A DNA stretch of 48,373 nt from Octopus bimaculoides (Eukaryota), in the NCBI RefSeq assembly GCF_001194135.2, contig NC_068982.1, forward strand, positions 66,357,568 through 66,405,940, written 5' to 3'. The position numbers and the translations under genes were made by a program. The notes below the pieces were generated by a model. That model saw nothing but the letters and a program-made list of their open reading frames with translations, was not told the DNA's origin and made no database searches. The stretch's first letter is position 1. Each line of letters opens with the position of its first letter. This document shows positions 38,144-48,373 of the stretch, one piece after another.

Positions 38144-38966
38144 AGGCATGTAAGTGCCAACAGCCGAACCTGCTCGAGATGCTTGCAAGGGGACGAAATG
38201 GTCTCGCATGCAATAATTCAGTGTCCGTGCATTAGAGAGTTGTGGGATTGTGTGGAGCAGCTGTTGTCGCGTGTAAAACGAATTCAGTTGTCTGCCGAGT
38301 GTATAGTGAAGATCGACGCACCACCTTCCCTTAGGAGAGAAGAAAGGCAGATCTTTCTCAGCTTAGTGGCTGTGGCAAAAGAAGTTGTGTAGTGGACCCG
38401 TCTAAAAGGTTTGAAGACAAGCACATTCCTATCTGGTCAAACCTTCATCAATTTCTTCAAATATCATTTGAAGAGGAAGGTGAGGGTAGAGAAGGAGGTG
38501 CTGCCTTCTAGTGTGTTTATCAAAAGGTAGTCGACANNNNNNNNNNGGTGAGGGTAGAGAAGGAGGTGCTGCCTTCTAGTGTGTTTATCAAAAGGTAGTC
38601 GACAGTGGCAAGACTGGTGAGACTGAATGGATCTACTCTGACTATGCTTTTCTATGCAGGAGGAAATAAACTGGAAAAGGGCACTTTCCCATGCCTTAGA
38701 GATGGCAGAGTAATCCGGGATTTTTGTGTGAGATTTACCTCGGATTACCCTAAGTAGATTGCCTCGCTATTGGGGATTCTATTTAATCATTTATTATTTA
38801 TTTCTCTACTTTCTATTATATATCCTCTGTTATATCCTTTAATGTAGTAGTATCCCCCCTTGATTGATGTTAACCCCACATGAAGTTTTTGTAATTTGTT
38901 TTGTGCTGTAACTCGTCCTTCGATATTGTTCTCCATGTCTTGGGCCCTCGTGACCAATAAAAGAAA
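38144..38966 (+). mobile_element. Tx1/L1-clade LINE 3' end (CCHC knuckle, 3' UTR, polyA signal)
   Basis: CSRCLQGDEMVSHAIIQC (C-x2-C-x8-H-x4-C, 38171-38224) followed by ELWDCVEQLLSRV...FFKYHLKRKVRVEKEVLP. AATAAA at 38956-38961. Confidence 0.8.
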
Positions 38967-39129
38967 TCATCATCATCATCATTATTATTATCATTATTAT
39001 TATTAATTAAATAATTAATTTATTTATTTATTTATCTGTCATTAATGAACTATTCAAGGACGCAATAAACATAATGAACTTTCACAATTAATGAAAGGTG
39101 ACTCAAAACAGTGATATTTTCTAGATTGG

Positions 39130-39250
39130 CACATGGTTCCGAGTTCAACTCACAGCCTGGCACCTTGGGCAAATATTTTCTGCTATAGCCCTAGACTGAC
39201 CAAATTCGTGTGAATGGATATGGTAGACGGAAACTGAAAGAAGCCCATCT
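39130..39250 (+). mobile_element. CORE-like SINE family A, partial head
   Basis: CACATGGTTCCGAGTTCAA..GGCACCTTGGGCAAA..GAAACTGAAAGAAGCCC. It stops where the internal microsatellite would begin. Confidence 0.85.
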
Positions 39251-40280
39251 TATCATCATCACCATTTAACGTCCGTTGTCCATGCTAGGATGGGTTGGAT
39301 GGTGTAACCAGAGCTGGATGCCCTTCCTAACGCCAGCCACTTTACAGAGTGTGCTGGATGCGTTTGCGTGGCACGAAATGGACACGTTTACGTGTCGCTG
39401 CACGGGCGCTTTCACGTGGCATCGTCATGGGTGCTTTACACAACAAGAACGATCGGTCGTAGCACTTCTGCTGCGGGGTACGGGTCTTCTTGAATGCAGC
39501 CAAGCACCAGGTGTCTCGGTCCTTTGTCATCTTGCCTGAAAAGTTCAGCTTTCTGATGTCGTTCTTCATTACTTTGTCCCACGTCTTCCTGGATCTCCCA
39601 CATCCACGAGTTCCAGCCACTTTGAGAGATCGGCACTTCTTTATGGAGCTGTCAGCATCCATCCGCATCACATGACTAAACCAGTGCAGTCTTTTCTCTT
39701 GCACACAACAACAAATTCCTCTTGTGCCTAATTTCTCTCTCAAACACTAGCATTCTGTCCAACATATACACTTACATTACACATCCAGCTGAGCATACTA
39801 ACCTCATTCCTTCCAAACCTTCGCATGTCCTCTGCATTCATGGCCCACGTTTCACTACCATGTAGAATTGCTGACCGTATACATGCATCATATAATCTTC
39901 CTTTCACTCGGAGAGAGAAACCTTTCGTGGCCAACAGAGGCAACAACTCTCTGAATTTCTTCCATCTTATTTTTATTCTAGCTATCACACTCTCCGTGCA
40001 TCCTCCCCCATAACTGATCTGGTTCCCTAGGTAGCAGAAATTATCTACTACCTCTAATGAGCCACCAGAGCATTTGAGAGAATTAATTTCCCGAGTCTCT
40101 AAAGTTCTTAAGGATTCTATGCATCTTCCACATACGAAAACTATCTTCTCTAATAACTTTCCAATTAACCCACTGCACCTCTTGTGTGTCCATAGCTTGC
40201 AATGGGTACACCATACGGAGTTTCTGCCTACACCTTTCCTACAAATCGAACAGGGCCACCTACCTGAGTGGGGTAGGGTC

Positions 40281-40283
<3 letters not shown>
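39251..40283 (-). mobile_element. RTE-clade LINE 3' fragment with PHD-type finger
   Basis: An open frame from ~40283 to 39740 reads WPCSIC..CTHC..H..C..CGRC..LEVVDNFCYLG..KGRLYDACIRSAILHGSETW. After a frameshift it reads KRLHWFSHVMRM..GRSRKTW. (GAT)n-type tail at 39251. Confidence 0.9.
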
Positions 40284-40355
<72 letters not shown>

Positions 40356-41135
40356 GGAGATCAATGAAATTCCACCCAAGTCTGATTTTCACGTTTTATT
40401 ATTTACAATTTTTACAATTTTGCAATATTGTAATGATAGAATAATATCTATTTATTGTGATGAAATTAGTACTTTCATATGTTACGCAATCATCAGGTTT
40501 ATGGAGTGGTAGTGAGTCGTGTTCTGCAATTGACAACTGTAGTGAAAGGATTAAATTTGTCCTTGAAATAATTCCGATTGGCTCCAGCAGGCTGAATCTT
40601 ATGAACTGTATTTTGACCTTATGAACTATATTTCGACCAATCAGTATGTGGCTTAGATGTCATGGTTTGGTGAATGTACCAACTTGGTTAGCATTTATCT
40701 GCCTTTTTCAACAAAATATTTTAGTCAATTGGTGTACGATTTAGGCGTCATAGTGTGTGGTTGGGCACGCCATGGATCCTTTACTTTGAACACACCGAAA
40801 AAAAAAAAGATAAATAAATAAAAAGTCAAAGATATAAATAAACCACATTACTGCCAATCTTTTAGATATTACTTTGTCTTGGGGTATGATGTGATATACA
40901 GACCAATTTGGAACAGAATGAGAAAATTTTAAATCATTGCAAATATAGAAGGACATATTGTCACTGATGGATCATAAGAATATTGGTGGAAGCTCAGAAT
41001 AAAATCAGCAGCCAAATTAAAACACAATCAATCTTGTGAGGCCTGCAAAGTCCGTGAGGCTATCGCTTCCTCCAGACACAGCAAGTATATATATAAACAA
41101 GAATTTTGCAATATTATTATTTTATTCACTTAGTT

Positions 41136-42113
41136 TTACATGTTTACAGGTTTATTGCCTTCAAAGTATTCTCCATTTGAAGCAATGCAAAAGGTCGAGA
41201 CACGTTTTCCACTGTTTGAAGCAGTCCTAGAACTCTTCACCTCTTCCACATCAGCAAAACGTTCTCCTTTAAGGACATTTTTCATTCAGGGAGACTAAAA
41301 AGTGTCGCAGGGAGCAAGATCGGATGAATAGGGAAGATGGGTAAGCGAGGTCATGCTATTTTTGGTCAAAAACTGTCCCACACTCAAGGCGGTGTGTGCA
41401 GGTGCATTGTCGTATCGAAATCACTACTCTCCACTTTGTCACAGGTCGGGGCGTTTACGTTTCACCACATCTCGCAAACGATTGGTTAACAGTTTGACCA
41501 GGAAGAACAAATTCTGTGTAACAATTCCTTTTGCATCGATGAAACAAATCAGCGACGTCTTGAAACTGGACTTCACTTGACGCGCTTTCTTAGGTCGTGG
41601 TGACATTGAATGCTTCCACTGACTGGATTGCTGCTTTGTTTCCGGGTCGTAGCCGTAGCGCCACGAAAAAATAAAGGTCCGGATTAACTTCCAACTATTC
41701 TTTCAGTTCACAACACACATTCAGTCGTCATTGCTTTTGATCTTCCGTGAGCAAGCGAAGCACAAATTTTGCTACAACTCTTTTCATTCACAATTCCTCG
41801 ATCAAAATTCATTGGCAGGAGCTCCAGGACACACCAGTCATTTAAGCAAATTCGTCAATTCTTCGGCAACGGTCCTCCAAGATCAGTTCATGAATTTTCG
41901 TGATGTTTTCATTCGTTCGGGAGGTCGACGGTGGCCCTGAACGAGGTTGATCTTCAAGCGACGAGTGACCATTCCTAAAGCGTGAAAACCACTGTTTTTG
42001 CTCATGTCAGCGTTCTTGTAAGCTGTTTGAAGCACAACAACTGTGTCGGCCACCGTTTTCTCTAGCAGAAAACAGAATTTCACGGAAAAACGCTGTTCCT
42101 TCGTTTCAGCCAT
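41136..42113 (-). mobile_element. Mariner (D34D) transposase pseudogene, near full length
   Basis: MAETKEQRFSVKFCFLLEKT.. (ATG 42113), AKFVLRLLTEDQK, WRYGYDPETKQQSSQW, YDNAPAH (D at 41411-41409), YSSDLAPCD (D at 41306-41304, 34 residues between), YFEGN. It has several stops, frameshifts and deletions, including loss of TGDE. Confidence 0.92.
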
Positions 42114-42535
42114 CGCAAAAATCAACGAACAGGGAAGAAACACTGCAAAACAATGACGTAGCATGTGGCAGCAGAACTACACTCAACGACGTCGGTCAGC
42201 CGATTGATGCCTGAGGGTCGCATTAAATGGCAGAAGTCTAAACTACAACTGGCTTGCCCCACAGAAAACGTTTTCGGTTACTTCTGAGTACCTTCACTGT
42301 ACACATACACATATATAGACTTATACATACATATATACTACAACTATATAGACAAACAGACTGATACATACATGTATAATTCAAAACAGTTTGATTTGGA
42401 TTCTGTGCTCCTTCAAGCTTCACAACTCCCTAAAGGAGGCTGTCTCTTCAGGCTGGTGGAATAATACATGTAACTCCCAAAAAATGTGTTGAGTGCTCTT
42501 TCTTTCGTTTGTCCACTCACTCATATATATATGTA

Positions 42536-42584
<49 letters not shown>

Positions 42585-44463
42585 NNNNNNNNNNNNNNNN
42601 NNNNNNNNNNNNNNNNNNNNNNNNNNNNNNNNNNNNNNNNNNNNNNNNNNNNNNNNNNNNNNNNNNNNNNNNNNNNNNNNNNNNNNNNNNNNNNNNNNNN
42701 NNNNNNNNNNNNNNNNNNNNNNNNNNNNNNNNNNNNNNNNNNNNNNNNNNNNNNNNNNNNNNNNNNNNNNNNNNNNNNNNNNNNNNNNNNNNNNNNNNNN
42801 NNNNNNNNNNNNNNNNNNNNNNNNNNNNNNNNNNNNNNNNNNNNNNNNNNNNNNNNNNNNNNNNNNNNNNNNNNNNNNNNNNNNNNNNNNNNNNNNNNNN
42901 NNNNNNNNNNNNNNNNNNNNNNNNNNNNNNNNNNNNNNNNNNNNNNNNNNNNNNNNNNNNNNNNNNNNNNNNNNNNNNNNNNNNNNNNNNNNNNNNNNNN
43001 NNNNNNNNNNNNNNNNNNNNNNNNNNNNNNNNNNNNNNNNNNNNNNNNNNNNNNNNNNNNNNNNNNNNNNNNNNNNNNNNNNNNNNNNNNNNNNNNNNNN
43101 NNNNNNNNNNNNNNNNNNNNNNNNNNNNNNNNNNNNNNNNNNNNNNNNNNNNNNNNNNNNNNNNNNNNNNNNNNNNNNNNNNNNNNNNNNNNNNNNNNNN
43201 NNNNNNNNNNNNNNNNNNNNNNNNNNNNNNNNNNNNNNNNNNNNNNNNNNNNNNNNNNNNNNNNNNNNNNNNNNNNNNNNNNNNNNNNNNNNNNNNNNNN
43301 NNNNNNNNNNNNNNNNNNNNNNNNNNNNNNNNNNNNNNNNNNNNNNNNNNNNNNNNNNNNNNNNNNNNNNNNNNNNNNNNNNNNNNNNNNNNNNNNNNNN
43401 NNNNNNNNNNNNNNNNNNNNNNNNNNNNNNNNNNNNNNNNNNNNNNNNNNNNNNNNNNNNNNNNNNNNNNNNNNNNNNNNNNNNNNNNNNNNNNNNNNNG
43501 GAAAGAGTAAGAGAGAAGAGAGAAAGAGTAGAGGTGAAGAGAAGTAGGAGTGAAGAGAAGTAAAGAGAAATAGGAGTCGGAGCAGGAGAGGAGAGGTGGG
43601 TAAGAGGAATTAGGAGGGAGGGGGGAGGGGGAGAGGGTTAGATGAAGAGGGGAGGAGAATTGAGCCCATGTGGCGCAAAGAAGTGAAAAGAGAAGATTAA
43701 TCCCTGTTCACGGCGCAAACGGGAGTCTGGATGGCCCCTGTGCAAGGACAATCCAAACACAGACAGATGTTGCTGTGAGGAGTGACTGGTAGAGCAGAAA
43801 TGGTGTGACACCGGGGTGTCATTGCCAAGGCGGATGTCTCGGAGGTAGGAAATTGGAAATTTTTGGATATTATTCAATCACCATTACATGTGTTTGATTT
43901 GCTAATAGGAATTACAAAGTTTTACATGTTAGATTGACTTGTAAGGAATTTCTCATTAGAAATTCTTCTGACGGATAAATAAAATAAATATTAAATAAGT
44001 ATTTTCTCTGTCTGAAGAGTTCCAAATAGGAAATTCCTTACAAGTATATCTAACGTGTAAATCTTTGTAATTCCTATCACCAAATGAAACATATGTAATG
44101 GTGAATAAATATACCACCCCTCAATTTTTTTTTTCAGTTTTGTTATGCAATAACTCTGCAAATATTATTTCTATAATTCTTAATTTTGATAAGTATTATG
44201 AACTAACATACAACAGCAAGTGGGACTACATATTAGATTGTAAGAACGGATAATAATAGAATAAGAATAAGAAGATGTCCTTCAAGAGGAAACAGCTGGG
44301 AATTATCCTAACTACCTACATTATATATACGTGTGTGTGTGTGTGCGTGTGTGTGATAGAGAATATGGAGACTGGTACATTCTCAAAATTTATTTCCTTT
44401 TATTTTACAATGTCATACAGCATATTCTTATGGTCATGTAACCATAGAAATATGCTATATATA

Positions 44464-44776
44464 GACGTAGGAGTGGCTGTGTGGTAAGTAGCTTGCTTAC
44501 CAACCACATGGTTCCGGGTTCAGTCCCACTGCGTGGCATCTTGGGCAAGTGCCTTCTACTATAGCCTCAAGCTGACCAAAGCCTTGTGAGTGGATTTGGT
44601 AGATGGAAACTGAAAGAAGCCCGTCGTATATATATATATATATGTTTGTGTGTATGTGTTTGTGTGTCTGTGTTTGTCCCCCCAACATCGCTTGACAACC
44701 GATGCTGGTGTATTTACGTCTCCGTAACTTAGCAGTTCAGCAAAAGAGGCCGATAGAATAAGTACTAGGCTTACAA
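44464..44776 (+). mobile_element. CORE-like SINE family A (3' end in gap)
   Basis: Same head, B-box, core and internal microsatellite as 36627. Confidence 0.93.
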
Positions 44777-45176
44777 NNNNNNNNNNNNNNNNNNNNNNNN
44801 NNNNNNNNNNNNNNNNNNNNNNNNNNNNNNNNNNNNNNNNNNNNNNNNNNNNNNNNNNNNNNNNNNNNNNNNNNNNNNNNNNNNNNNNNNNNNNNNNNNN
44901 NNNNNNNNNNNNNNNNNNNNNNNNNNNNNNNNNNNNNNNNNNNNNNNNNNNNNNNNNNNNNNNNNNNNNNNNNNNNNNNNNNNNNNNNNNNNNNNNNNNN
45001 NNNNNNNNNNNNNNNNNNNNNNNNNNNNNNNNNNNNNNNNNNNNNNNNNNNNNNNNNNNNNNNNNNNNNNNNNNNNNNNNNNNNNNNNNNNNNNNNNNNN
45101 NNNNNNNNNNNNNNNNNNNNNNNNNNNNNNNNNNNNNNNNNNNNNNNNNNNNNNNNNNNNNNNNNNNCTATATATA

Positions 45177-45358
45177 GACGTAGGAGTGGCTGTGTGGTAA
45201 GTAGCTTGCTTACCAACCACATGGTTCCGGGTTCAGTCCCACTGCGTGGCATCTTGGGCAAGTGCCTTCTACTATAGCCTCAAGCTGACCAAAGCCTTGT
45301 GAGTGGATTTGGTAGATGGAAACTGAAAGAAGCCCGTCGTATATATATATATATATGT
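45177..45358 (+). mobile_element. CORE-like SINE family A head, identical to 44464-44645
   Basis: A 190-nt exact match (45169-45358 = 44456-44645) across the gap. Confidence 0.9.
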
Positions 45359-45366
45359 ATGCATGT

Positions 45367-46753
45367 ATCATTATCATCATCATCGTTTAATGTCCGCTTT
45401 CCATGCTAGCATGGGTTGGATGGTTTAACTGAGGACTGGTGAACCAGAGGCTGCACAAGGCTCAATATGGTCTGGCAAAGTTTCTACAGCTGGATGCCCT
45501 TCCTAATGCCAACTACTCCAAGAGTGTAGTGGGTGGTGTTTACGTGCCACCGGCACAAGGGCCAGTCAGGCAATGATCACATTCGGATGTGCTTTTAATG
45601 TTCCACTGGCATGAGTGCCAATCAGGCGGTACTGTCATCAGCTACGTCAGTGATTTTGGTTTGTTTACACTTGCCTCAACAGGTCTTCGCAAGCAAGGTT
45701 TACTGTCCAGTGTATGAGGGGGTATTCATAGATGGGCTGGTTACACCCTCTGGCATAGGCCATGGGCTATGGTCTCACTTGGCTTGTAGGGTCTTCTCAA
45801 GCACAGCATATCTCCAAAGGTCCCAGTCACTAGTCATTGCCTCAGTGAGGCCCAATGTTTGAAGGTCGTGCTTCACCACCTCATCCCAGGTTTTCCTGGG
45901 TCTACCTCCTCCACAGGTTCCCTAAACTGCTAGTGTGTGACACTTTTTCACACAGCTGTCCTCATTCATTCGCAATACATGACCATACCAGCACAGTCGA
46001 CTCTCTTGCACACCACATCTGATGCTTCTTAAATCCAACTTTTCTTTTAGGGCGCTTACACTCTGTCATGTATGCACACCAATATTACACATCCAGCAGA
46101 GCATACTGGCTTCATTCTTTGCAAACTTACGCATGTCCCCAGCAGTCATGGCCCATGTTTCACTGCCATGTACAATGGCAGTTCGCACACATGCGTCATA
46201 CAGTCTACCTTTTACTCTGAGCAAGAGGCCCTTTGTCACCAGCAGAGGTAGGAACTCTCTGAACTTTGCCCAGGCTATTCTTATTCTAGCAGCTACACTT
46301 TCAGAGCATCCATCCCTGCTACTGACTTAGTCATCTTGGTAATGGAAGCTATCAACTACTTCTAGGTTTTCTCCCTGGAATGTGACAGAAGCTGTTCACT
46401 GCACATTTTCTGTGTTTATAGCACCTGAGCATTTGCCACATACAAAAACTATCTTCCCAGTTAGCCTCCCTTTAATATTGCTGCATCTCTTATGTGTCCA
46501 TAGCTTACACTGGGTACATCTTATGGAGTTTCAACCTACACCTTTTCTACAGATCGAGCAGGGCCATCTACCTGAAGGGATTTGTGGTTTGTCTGCCTTC
46601 CTACTTATTAAAACTTTGGTTTTAGCTAGGTTGACTCTAAGGCCCTTCGATTCTAATCCTTGCTTCCACACCTGAAACTTCTCCTCTAGTTCTGATAATG
46701 ACTCAGCGATTAGTGCAAGGTCATCAGCATAGAGGAACTCCCAGGGGCATCCT
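45367..46753 (-). mobile_element. RTE-clade LINE 3' part (RT YADD motif, PHD-type finger, C-terminal domain, 3' UTR)
   Basis: GCPWEFLYADDLALIAES..GLRVNLAKTKVL..WPCSIC..LEVVDSFHY..KGRLYDACVRTAIVHGSETW..RLCWYGHVLRM..GRPRKTWDEVV, all in one frame with 5 internal stops. Terminal stop at 45777-45775 and (GAT)n tail. Confidence 0.93.
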
Positions 46754-47605
46754 NNNNNNNNNNNNNNNNNNNNNNNNNNNNNNNNNNNNNNNNNNNNNNN
46801 NNNNNNNNNNNNNNNNNNNNNNNNNNNNNNNNNNNNNNNNNNNNNNNNNNNNNNNNNNNNNNNNNNNNNNNNNNNNNNNNNNNNNNNNNNNNNNNNNNNN
46901 NNNNNNNNNNNNNNNNNNNNNNNNNNNNNNNNNNNNNNNNNNNNNNNNNNNNNNNNNNNNNNNNNNNNNNNNNNNNNNNNNNNNNNNNNNNNGTATGTGA
47001 GTGATACATGTGTGTGAGTTATTACAGCAGATGGAAAGAGAGTCAATGACACGTGAGCAATTATACCAGTTCTTTAGTACACTATAGGAAAAGTTCTGTA
47101 TGTGAAAGTGAGGAGGCTGAGTGTGGCAGAGCTGATCACTAGTTGTGATGTCGTGGCATCGATGCCAGGCCGTGATTCTTGTTATACAGATGTTCGTCGT
47201 TTGGCAGAGCTTATCACTAGTTGTGTTTTGGCTTCGATGCCAGGGCCTTGAGGACAGACGTTTATCGCAGGCTGAAATCTCTTGTCTGTTTATTATCGTG
47301 GTGAAGCTAAGTCACCTAACAGAATCGAAGAGAGAGAGGTGCCGCGGTGGTTTGGTGTACATAGTAAGTCGTGTTGAGGCTGGTGGAGATTGATACTTGG
47401 TAGTAATCGTGTTGGTCATGACGATGTTGATAGATAGTAGTCGTAGACTCTTGTTGCTGATGTGGCGACGGCGGTGGTCATCGTTGGCTGGACGAAGCTG
47501 TTGAAGTGGTCGCTGGCTGATTGTTGCTGCTGCTGTCGTGTGGTACACGGAACAGTTCTCAAAGAGAAACTGGACCGAGACAAATTTGTTGGGTATGAGT
47601 TGATC

Positions 47606-47749
47606 TATTTAAGGCGAATTATCGGCTCACAGACGGTAGTAGAAAACACTATCACGTGACCTTATTTGGGGGCCGTGATTGGTCAGTTTGCGTTCTCGCG
47701 GGAACGGTTCGAAGAAGTTGCCGCTTCGAATATTAATCAGTCACGTGAT
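47606..47749 (-). promoter_or_regulatory. Candidate promoter in a CpG-rich island
   Basis: GTCACGTGAT twice in inverted orientation (47651-47660 and 47740-47749), CCAAT (47682-47678), perfect CArG CCTTATTTGG (47660-47669) and TTAAATA TATA-like element (47612-47606). Confidence 0.5.
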
Positions 47750-47886
47750 GACAAGGAATGGGTTCTCTGCTACGCCCGCGTTTATTTATATTTAAACGAG
47801 AAGAATGGCGATAGCAGTTTTGTATCTAGTGACGATAGGTAGTTTCAGTACATATATATATATATGTATGTTTGTATGTATGTATG

Positions 47887-48165
47887 AGACAAACGACTGA
47901 AATATCTGGTGCCTTACTGTACCCAAGAAGACCTGTCCAGCACAGTAGAGTTAATACTGGTGCTAGTACCAAATATAAAGCACCCAGTACACTCTGTGGA
48001 GTGGTTGGCATTAGGATGGACATCCAGCCATAAAAACCAAGCCATAACAGATAATGGACCCTAGTGCGAACCCCAGCCTTACCATCTCCAGTCAAACTGT
48101 CCAACCCATGCCAGAATGGAGAACAGAGGTCAAATAACAACAATGAAAATGATGATAATGATGAT
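47887..48165 (+). mobile_element. RTE-type LINE 3' UTR fragment
   Basis: GGTTGGCATTAGGATGGACATCCAGCC..CCAACCCATGCCAGAATGG..(ATG)n matches the reverse complement of 45367-45560 and 39251-39350. Confidence 0.85.
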
Positions 48166-48167
48166 AT

Positions 48168-48373
48168 TCTTTTATTCTTTTACTTGATTCAATCATTTGA
48201 CTGCAGCCATGCTAGAGCACCACCTTGAAGGATTGTAATCAAAGAATTCAACTCCTAAAGCCTAGTACTTATTCTATCAGTCTCTTTTACTGAACTGCTA
48301 AGTTACAGGGATGTGAACACACCAAGCGGGGGGGGGGGACAAATGCAGACACAAAGACACACACACACACACA
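48168..48373 (-). mobile_element. CORE-like SINE family A, 3' part (runs off the window)
   Basis: TCTTTTACTTG..CATTTGACTGCAGCCATGCTAGAGCACCACC tail in reverse. Confidence 0.9.

Noticed and set aside
38479-38604. 58-bp tandem duplication inside the Tx1 LINE
   Set aside because: It is an exact copy on both sides of a 10-N gap, typical of an unmerged contig overlap.
42486-43563. Long ORFs spanning N-runs (also at 11.5, 13.4, 28.4, 29.9, 32.0, 44.7 and 46.5 kb)
   Set aside because: They are artefacts of translating assembly gaps and flanking microsatellites.
43500-43660. G-quadruplex-prone purine tract
   Set aside because: It is an ordinary GA/GGA low-complexity sequence next to a gap, with no functional context.

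Overview
This is AT-rich animal genomic DNA from a draft scaffold with 10 N-gaps, most of them flanked by microsatellites. It is most likely an octopus: the SINE families resemble octopus SINEs as I recall them, which I could not check against a database. The only host protein-coding gene I can support is a complete two-exon, 376-aa actin on the + strand (27616-27741 joined to 30420-31424, phase-0 GT-AG intron after Gln42). It has a CArG/TATA-like/Inr promoter, and its intron carries CArG and CRE motifs plus two minisatellites (23-bp and CpG-rich 41-bp units). The rest is a dense mix of transposon remains: several tRNA-derived SINE families, RTE-, Tx1/L1- and R4-type LINE fragments, three mariner remnants, a hAT MITE, hAT transposase relics and a complete 1031-bp non-autonomous Helitron. 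The main oddity is a complete C4HC3 PHD-type zinc finger inserted inside the reverse-transcriptase domain of two divergent RTE-type LINE copies. Also notable are two orphan minus-strand promoter-like islands, one with a perfect heat-shock element just upstream of TATAAAA, neither followed by a recognisable CDS. Finally, RTE 3' ends repeatedly adjoin oppositely oriented CORE-like SINEs and TA microsatellites.
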